Assembly (NCBI GenBank): GCA_029762535.1
Contig: JARVGK010000016.1
Coordinates: 1 to 64,000, forward strand
From: Thermoplasmatota archaeon
GTDB lineage: Archaea; Thermoplasmatota; Penumbrarchaeia; Penumbrarchaeales; Penumbrarchaeaceae
Reading direction: 5' to 3'
DNA length: 64,000 nt
Shown: piece by piece, positions 58,020 to 64,000 of the stretch
Layout of the letters: each line of letters starts with the position of its first letter
Position numbering within the stretch: position 1 is the first letter of the stretch
Made by a program: the position numbers and the translations under genes
Notes under the pieces: generated by a model
Database searches by the model: none
Seen by the model: only the letters and a program-made list of their open reading frames with translations
Told to the model about the DNA's origin: nothing

Positions 58020-58982
58020 TTGGAGATGACTTCCATGAAAGATAAGGGGCTTGTCAGAATTCTTCTTGCTGTTGTAATAACGATACTGTTCTCGAGCATG
58101 ACCCCGGGCTGTCTGGACGATGGTCCCGTGGGCAGCAGGGAGTTCGTGGACGACATGGGGGTGATCGTCAGGACGGACGGCGTTCCATCCAGCATAGTGA
58201 CGTTGACGCCAGCCCTGACCGAGATCGTGTTCCTGCTGGGACTAGAAAACGTACTGGTCGGATGCGATTCCGATTCGAACTACCCCTCCGAGGCGGACAA
58301 GATCGAGAAGGTCAGTTCATGGTCCGGCCTGAACTCGGAGAGGATCGTCGAGTTAGGTCCCGACCTCATATTCATGGACAACACATTGGACGCATCGGGA
58401 TCCAGATATGCGGAGCTGACCGGGTTGGGCCTGAACGTTTACAGAACACACCCTAGAACGCTGGAGGACATCCTGGAAAATATCGAGGCGATCTCCGAGA
58501 TCATGGGGGTCAAGAGCAAAGGGGAGGAGGTCGCCAATTCCATGAGGCAGAGGATACTCTCGGTTGAGGGGCAGGCATCCACGGACCCTGCCGGAGATCC
58601 CCCCTCCGTCCTTCACGTCGTCTATTACGACGGAACGGACGATCCGTGGGTGATGGCCGATTCCACGTTCTCAGGGGATCTCATCGATAAGGCCGGGGGA
58701 AAAGCTCCCATCCGAAGCGGCCAGGGTCTATCCGTTCAGGTCAGCCTGGAAAGGATCATAGATGGGGACCCCGATATCATCATCTGCTCGCAGAGCTCTC
58801 TCTGGCCCACACGGACCCGGGAACTTTTGATGAACGACACGAGGCTGTCCGGGGTGGCAGCGGTATCAGGGAGCAGGATATACGAGATCGATGCTGACAT
58901 CATCGATCGGACCGGACCGCGGCTGATCGATGGCCTGGAGAGGATCAGGGCATTGATCGAGGACTTCCATAAAGGTGATTGA
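58020..58982 (+). CDS. Cobalamin/Fe-siderophore ABC substrate-binding lipoprotein (BtuF-like)
   Basis: PGCL lipobox, VTLTPALTEIVF, RTGPRLIDG. Confidence 0.9.
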   Translation: MEMTSMKDKGLVRILLAVVITILFSSMTPGCLDDGPVGSREFVDDMGVIVRTDGVPSSIVTLTPALTEIVFLLGLENVLVGCDSDSNYPSEADKIEKVSSWSGLNSERIVELGPDLIFMDNTLDASGSRYAELTGLGLNVYRTHPRTLEDILENIEAISEIMGVKSKGEEVANSMRQRILSVEGQASTDPAGDPPSVLHVVYYDGTDDPWVMADSTFSGDLIDKAGGKAPIRSGQGLSVQVSLERIIDGDPDIIICSQSSLWPTRTRELLMNDTRLSGVAAVSGSRIYEIDADIIDRTGPRLIDGLERIRALIEDFHKGD

Positions 58983-60009
58983 ACTGAGGAAGGGCGCGCT
59001 GCCGTTCATGGCCGGATCGCTCATAGCACTCCTGCTTGCCGTCCTCGTAGGTACCCTCCTCGGGCCTGTTCGAATACCGCCCCCGAGCATACTGAGGATC
59101 CTGCTCTCCCTCCTGCCCGGGGCAGGGGGCCTTTTCGATGGCCCGGAGGGGTGGAGAACGATCATCGTCCAGATAAGACTCCCTATGGTGATAATGGGTA
59201 TTGCTGTGGGGATCGCGCTCTCTAGCTCGGGATCGGCGCTACAGGGGCTGTTCCGGAACGACCTGGTGGACCCCTTCATAATAGGGATATCGGCCGGAGG
59301 CGCTCTTGGCTGGGTCATTGGTAACATCGTGACCGATGGATGGGCCTATGCTTCCGCGACCGCCTTCAAGGTGGTGTTCAGCTTCCTTCTGTCCTTGGGA
59401 AGCGTTGTCCTGGCCTACATGATCGCCAGAAGAGGTTCAAAGCTTCCGATATCCAATCTGCTTCTTGCCGGGATCGCCGTCTCGGCCCTGTTCACATCGA
59501 TCGCGCAGGTGGCGATCTACCTGTTCGTGGACAATCCGGCGGAGATGATATTCTCCCTGATGGGCGGCCTTGGCAACACCAGGTGGCATGAGGTGGCCAT
59601 CGTCCTCCCGATCTCGGTCTTGGGCGCGGCCGCCCTATCCGTTCTCGGCAGGGATATAAACGCTTTCGCGGCGGGGGAGGGCGTCGCCGCTCATCTGGGT
59701 GTCGAGGTCGAGAGGTCCAAGTTCATGATTATTGCGATATCGGCACTTATCACGGCGGTCACCATCCCCTTTTGCGGGGTGATCGGCTTCGTAGGGCTGA
59801 TGATCCCTCACATCGCAAGGCGGTTCGTGGGGCCGGACCAGCGCATCCTCATCCCATCATCGGCCCTATTAGGAGGGGGCTTCCTGGTCCTGTGCGATAT
59901 TCTCTCCAGGTCCATCAGCGTCGCGGTGATCCCTCTGGGCATGATCACCGGCCTGATAGGAGGGGGATTCTTCCTCTACCTTCTCGCGTCCAGGAGGGGA
60001 GTCCGTTGA
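58975..60009 (+). CDS. FecCD/BtuC ABC permease
   Basis: LQGLFRNDLVDP..IGISAGG, GVIGFVGLMIPH. Confidence 0.93.
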   Translation: MIELRKGALPFMAGSLIALLLAVLVGTLLGPVRIPPPSILRILLSLLPGAGGLFDGPEGWRTIIVQIRLPMVIMGIAVGIALSSSGSALQGLFRNDLVDPFIIGISAGGALGWVIGNIVTDGWAYASATAFKVVFSFLLSLGSVVLAYMIARRGSKLPISNLLLAGIAVSALFTSIAQVAIYLFVDNPAEMIFSLMGGLGNTRWHEVAIVLPISVLGAAALSVLGRDINAFAAGEGVAAHLGVEVERSKFMIIAISALITAVTIPFCGVIGFVGLMIPHIARRFVGPDQRILIPSSALLGGGFLVLCDILSRSISVAVIPLGMITGLIGGGFFLYLLASRRGVR

Positions 60010-60767
60010 TCGAGGCCAGGGACGTTCATTTCTCCTACGGGCCGGGGCCTCCCGTCCTGAAAGGAGTAGACCTCAAAGTTGAAAGGGGCACCATCATGGG
60101 GATCGTAGGCCCGAACGGATGCGGAAAATCAACGCTTCTGGGATGTTTGGGAGGAGTGCGTCGGCCGGATAGAGGACGCGTTCTGCTCGATGGGAAGGAT
60201 GTTCGACATATGAGGCGGAGGGATCTGTCACGGATAGTATCGACCCTGCCGCAGGACGCGTCCTATGGATTCGATTACACGGTGGAGGAGATCGTCTCCA
60301 TGGGCAGATACCCCCATATGAACTGGCTGGAAATGTCTGGAGGGGTGCACAAGGGGGTCGTGAGAAGGGCATTGTCCGGTGTAGGGGCCCTACAATTCTC
60401 GGGCAGGGCATTCTCGGAGCTGAGCGGGGGGGAGAAGCAGAAGGTGAACCTCGCCAGGATCCTTGCACAGGAGACCGACTACGCCCTTCTCGATGAGCCC
60501 ACGAGGGACCTCGACCTGAAAAGCTCCCTCGATCTTCTGGACCTGATCAAAAGGGAGAACATGGAGAGGGGATTGACCTTCATCGTGGTGATGCACGACC
60601 TTATGCTCGCCCTCAGGACGTTCAAGGAGATCGCCATGATGAAAGCCGGGCGCATCAAGGCGATCGGGGGAGCGGATTCGGTTCTGACGCCCGGATGGAT
60701 CAAGGATACCTTCGGGGTCGATGTAGAGGTGGACCATCACAACGGTGTGCTGAGGATACTCGGATAA
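60006..60767 (+). CDS. ABC ATPase (BtuD/FepC-like), TTG start
   Basis: GPNGCGKST, LSGGEKQ, LLDEPT, VMHD. Confidence 0.93.
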   Translation: MIEARDVHFSYGPGPPVLKGVDLKVERGTIMGIVGPNGCGKSTLLGCLGGVRRPDRGRVLLDGKDVRHMRRRDLSRIVSTLPQDASYGFDYTVEEIVSMGRYPHMNWLEMSGGVHKGVVRRALSGVGALQFSGRAFSELSGGEKQKVNLARILAQETDYALLDEPTRDLDLKSSLDLLDLIKRENMERGLTFIVVMHDLMLALRTFKEIAMMKAGRIKAIGGADSVLTPGWIKDTFGVDVEVDHHNGVLRILG

Positions 60768-60836
60768 TTTCGCCCTCCTCCCTCCGAACATTATAACACT
60801 GGATGCGACATTAGGGCCTCTCCCCGGAGACCATCA

Positions 60837-62990
60837 ATGACCGATTTCTGCCAAAGGTGCGGATCGCTTCTCCTTTGGAACTTCTCAGGAGGCAGGCGGG
60901 TGAGGAAATGCCCGCGCTGTGGAAGGCTCGAGGAGGCACAAGCGAAGGATGAGGGATCGCCACCATCCGTTAGGAAGGGTGTGTCCCCCAGATCATCCTC
61001 CTATGCCAGGCGTTCGATCTCCACGGCGGTCCTATCCGAAAGGAGCGATGTCATAAAGGGCAAGGGGCCGGATCAGAACTGCAGCGTTCTGGAACCTGTA
61101 CCCGATGGGATCCCCTTCCCCTTCGACGGCGTAAGGAAGGGGCAGCTGGATTTCATGAAGGACGTCGATGATACGATACGAAGGGAGGGATTCCTCCTGG
61201 CCAAGGTACCGACGGGCATAGGAAAAACGGCCGCGGCACTGTCCCCCGCCGCCGCCAGATCGCTCAAGGACGGGTCCTTGACCATGTTCCTCACATCCAA
61301 ACAGTCCCAGCATGCCATAGCTGTAGAGACGGTAAGGAGGATGGCCCAGAGATGGGGGCTGAGGATCAGGGCCGTAGATGTCATGTCCAAGCAATCGATG
61401 TGCCCCAGGGACATCGCCTCCCTGCCCCGGTTCACCTTCAATCATATGTGCAAGCAGCAGCAGAAGGACGGCACATGTCCATTCTACAAGCCAACTCCCG
61501 AGCAGCTTGTGAAGGAGATCACCATCGGTCATTTACCCGCGACGGAACTTTCCTCGCTCGCGGCATCCAGGAGGATATGCCCTCACCGGGCGGCCCTGGA
61601 ATCCGCCAGAGAGGCCGATGTGATGATATGCGATTTCAACTACGTATTCTCTGACCTGAGGGACCCGATCCTCAAGGGTATCGGAAGGGACCTAAAGGAC
61701 CTGATACTGATAGTTGACGAAGGCCATAACCTTCCGGACAGGATCCGGTCCAACCTCTCATCCGAACTGAACCTGGGCACGCTCGAGGATGTAGAGGGTG
61801 CGATGTCCTCGAACAGGCGCCTCAGACATTACGTGTCCGAGATAGCCAGGGTCATTTCCAGTGCCGTAGGGGCCGCCCTCGACGATAAGATGGAGGCGGA
61901 GATCGATAGAAGGGAGCTGCTCTCGAATATTAGGGGGGCAGCGAGGACTGGTCTTGATGAGGGCGTCGAGATCGAGGATATACTCGATGCCGTCGAGAAA
62001 CATGCCGTTGATAGGGGGCTCAAAGATGGGGATGGCGACCCACTTCTCTGGTTCGTCGAGTTCCTGAGGGGGCTGCTCGAGATCAAGGAGTCGCACCTCC
62101 TATTCGCGAGCCGCCCCGAAAAAGGTAACGGGACCCCGAGGTTGATCTACAGGAACCTGGACCCCTCCGAGATATCGGGCCCCGTTCTCAAAGCATGCCG
62201 AAGCGCGGTGATAATGTCCGGGACGCTGTCGCCTCCTTCCATGTTCGGGGACATACTCGGAATGGCCAGGGATCGAAGGATGGAGAGGGAGTATGTCTCT
62301 CCCTTCCCGGCGACCAACAAGCTCACCCTCCTTGACGATACGGTGACGACGTCGTACAACAGCCGAGGCGAATCCATGTTCTCCAGGATCGCGGCACGCA
62401 TTGTGGAGGCTGCCAATGCCACGCCTGGCAATTCCGCCGCTTTCTTCCCGTCATATTCCCTCATGGAAGAGATCGGGAAAAGGCTCGATGGGGTCCACAA
62501 GGCCGTTCTTACAGAGGACCGATCCCGATCGGGCAGCAGAAAGGTAGGGGTGATGGAGGACCTGGAAAGTGGCAGGAGAAGGGGAGGCAGCCTCCTTCTC
62601 GGAGTGATGGGTGGATCCCTCTCCGAGGGCCTGGACTACCGGGACAACCTCCTATCGACCGTGGCGATAGTTGGACTGCCCCTTGCGCCTCCCACCCTGG
62701 ACGTGATGGCGCTCAGGGAGTATTCAAGAAAGAAATGGGGGCGAACTAGAGGGGATGAGTATTCCTATGATTATCCAGCTGTGAACAGGATGCTGCAGGC
62801 GGCCGGAAGGTCCATACGGTCGGAGAGTGACAGGTCCGTCATACTGCTTCTGGAGAGAAGGTATCTCGAACCGAGGTACATCAGATTCCTACCCGAGGAG
62901 ATGATCCCAAAAGTGGTCAAGGGAGATATCGCCCGGCATGTCAGGGATTTTTATTCTCCGGACGCAGATAGGAGTCCTCAAGGGACCTGA
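60837..62990 (+). CDS. xpd: XPD/Rad3/DinG Fe-S DNA helicase with N-terminal Zn ribbon
   Basis: PTGIGKT, four Fe-S cysteines, DEGHN, MSGTL, QAAGRSIRS, N-terminal CQRC..CPRC. Confidence 0.9.
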   Translation: MTDFCQRCGSLLLWNFSGGRRVRKCPRCGRLEEAQAKDEGSPPSVRKGVSPRSSSYARRSISTAVLSERSDVIKGKGPDQNCSVLEPVPDGIPFPFDGVRKGQLDFMKDVDDTIRREGFLLAKVPTGIGKTAAALSPAAARSLKDGSLTMFLTSKQSQHAIAVETVRRMAQRWGLRIRAVDVMSKQSMCPRDIASLPRFTFNHMCKQQQKDGTCPFYKPTPEQLVKEITIGHLPATELSSLAASRRICPHRAALESAREADVMICDFNYVFSDLRDPILKGIGRDLKDLILIVDEGHNLPDRIRSNLSSELNLGTLEDVEGAMSSNRRLRHYVSEIARVISSAVGAALDDKMEAEIDRRELLSNIRGAARTGLDEGVEIEDILDAVEKHAVDRGLKDGDGDPLLWFVEFLRGLLEIKESHLLFASRPEKGNGTPRLIYRNLDPSEISGPVLKACRSAVIMSGTLSPPSMFGDILGMARDRRMEREYVSPFPATNKLTLLDDTVTTSYNSRGESMFSRIAARIVEAANATPGNSAAFFPSYSLMEEIGKRLDGVHKAVLTEDRSRSGSRKVGVMEDLESGRRRGGSLLLGVMGGSLSEGLDYRDNLLSTVAIVGLPLAPPTLDVMALREYSRKKWGRTRGDEYSYDYPAVNRMLQAAGRSIRSESDRSVILLLERRYLEPRYIRFLPEEMIPKVVKGDIARHVRDFYSPDADRSPQGT

Positions 62991-63903
62991 CCAAACGGTA
63001 AAGGGTTCGATTGCAGGGCGCATCCATTCCCTTTTCCTCGGCCTTGCGGATTATTGCCCCGTTTATGGACTCGATCTCGGTCCTGCGCCTTCTTTTTATA
63101 TCCTGAAGCATGGACGATATATTGCCCCTTGTCCTCTCAGCGGTACGGAAGGTCCGCGAGAGGATCTCATCCTCCGTTAGGGGGATGTTATGGGATGATG
63201 CCACCGAGACGCCTTCCTTCACAACGGCTCTGGCCAGATCCTTGATGTTAGGGTCGCTTAGTATGATGCCGTTGGGTTCTCCTCTGATGGCGGTGAGGGG
63301 GTTTATCGCGGAGTTTATCAGCGCCTTGGCCCAGATCTCCCTCTCTATGCTGTCAACGACGTTCATCTGTATCCCGGCATGCTTGAATGCTTCTGCGATC
63401 CCGGTAAGGCCGTCGAGCGCATCGACTCCGGGAGGAGATTCGTAAAGCCCTATCATCGTATCGCCCACCCCGGCATGCTTTACAAGCCCCGGCTCCTTGT
63501 AAGTGACGCCGTGGCAGGTTATCCCTCCGAACAGAACGGCCCCTATCGAGCGTTCTCTGATGTATCTCGAGATCGCTTCCTCGTTGTCAAGGCCGTTCTG
63601 TAGGGACAGTACGTACGTCCCGGGCCTGAAAAGGTGCGAGATCGATTCCAGGGCGATCCCGGTATTGTAGGATTTCACGCACAAGACGATCAGATCGAAC
63701 CTCTCATCTCCGGGAGGCGTATCCACCGCTTTGGGAAAATATTTGCCCTGGGTATGACCCTCTATCGTTATCCCCCTCGAGTTGATCACGTTGACCTGGT
63801 CTGGTCTGCCGAGTATGGTGACCTCGTTATCCATCGACAAAATGCCCCCGACGAGGCTGCCGAGGGCCCCTGCCCCCACGACCAGCAATTTCATTTCCGT
63901 CAA
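62941..63903 (-). CDS. panE: 2-dehydropantoate 2-reductase
   Basis: VGAGALG, LQNG, WAKALINSAINPLTA, SSMLQD...RTEIESING. Confidence 0.93.
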   Translation of the reverse strand: MTEMKLLVVGAGALGSLVGGILSMDNEVTILGRPDQVNVINSRGITIEGHTQGKYFPKAVDTPPGDERFDLIVLCVKSYNTGIALESISHLFRPGTYVLSLQNGLDNEEAISRYIRERSIGAVLFGGITCHGVTYKEPGLVKHAGVGDTMIGLYESPPGVDALDGLTGIAEAFKHAGIQMNVVDSIEREIWAKALINSAINPLTAIRGEPNGIILSDPNIKDLARAVVKEGVSVASSHNIPLTEDEILSRTFRTAERTRGNISSMLQDIKRRRRTEIESINGAIIRKAEEKGMDAPCNRTLYRLVRSLEDSYLRPENKNP

Positions 63904-63998
63904 ACACCCCCGGCCTTCATTACGGCCTCGAGGATCGAGTCCTTGATCCGATCGATACCCCTGTTCCCATCTATCGTCCTTAGGATCCCCTTCTTCGA
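63900..63998 (-). CDS. 3' end of probable adenylate kinase (truncated by window)
   Basis: SKKGILRTIDGNRGIDRIKDSILEAV resembles the Adk C-terminus. Stop overlaps the panE start. Confidence 0.55.
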   Translation of the reverse strand, partial: SKKGILRTIDGNRGIDRIKDSILEAVMKAGGV

Positions 63999-64000
63999 AT

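Noticed and set aside
59772-60005. N-terminal extension of the ABC ATPase in the ORF track
   Set aside because: It overlaps the permease. The true start is most likely TTG 60006.
62941-62990. 50-bp convergent overlap of xpd and panE
   Set aside because: Short 3' overlaps are common in compact archaeal genomes, and the overlapping tails are non-conserved.

Overview
GC-rich archaeal chromosomal window, most likely an uncultured Thermoplasmatota lineage. This is inferred from Cgi121, phosphopantothenate synthetase, XPD, a LipS2-type radical SAM protein, COG1361/PKD surface proteins and TATA-type promoters. Most of it is housekeeping, transport and cell-surface genes: about 53 CDS, tRNA-Leu(CAA) and tRNA-Gly(GCC). 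No CRISPR array, integrase or transposase was seen. Two non-routine features stand out. (1) Both tRNA genes are followed by 140-170 bp units made of duplicated and inverted tRNA 3' ends plus a ~75-90 bp double-hairpin element. Where the junctions are clean, that element interrupts the T-loop copy at GGTT^CRAAT. Related hairpins with a compensatory stem change occur at both tRNA loci, which suggests a small tRNA-targeted mobile or ncRNA element family. (2) A serpin / PIN-AbrB module occurs twice. The first copy is reduced to an isolated serpin reactive-loop/C-terminal cassette, a 26-aa PIN stub and an intact antitoxin. Smaller observations include a symmetric operator-TATA arrangement at a divergent promoter, a split LKR/SDH saccharopine pathway, a bacterial-type RsgA, several degenerate enzymes and strong GATC enrichment. 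All product calls come from motif recognition by eye, not database searches.
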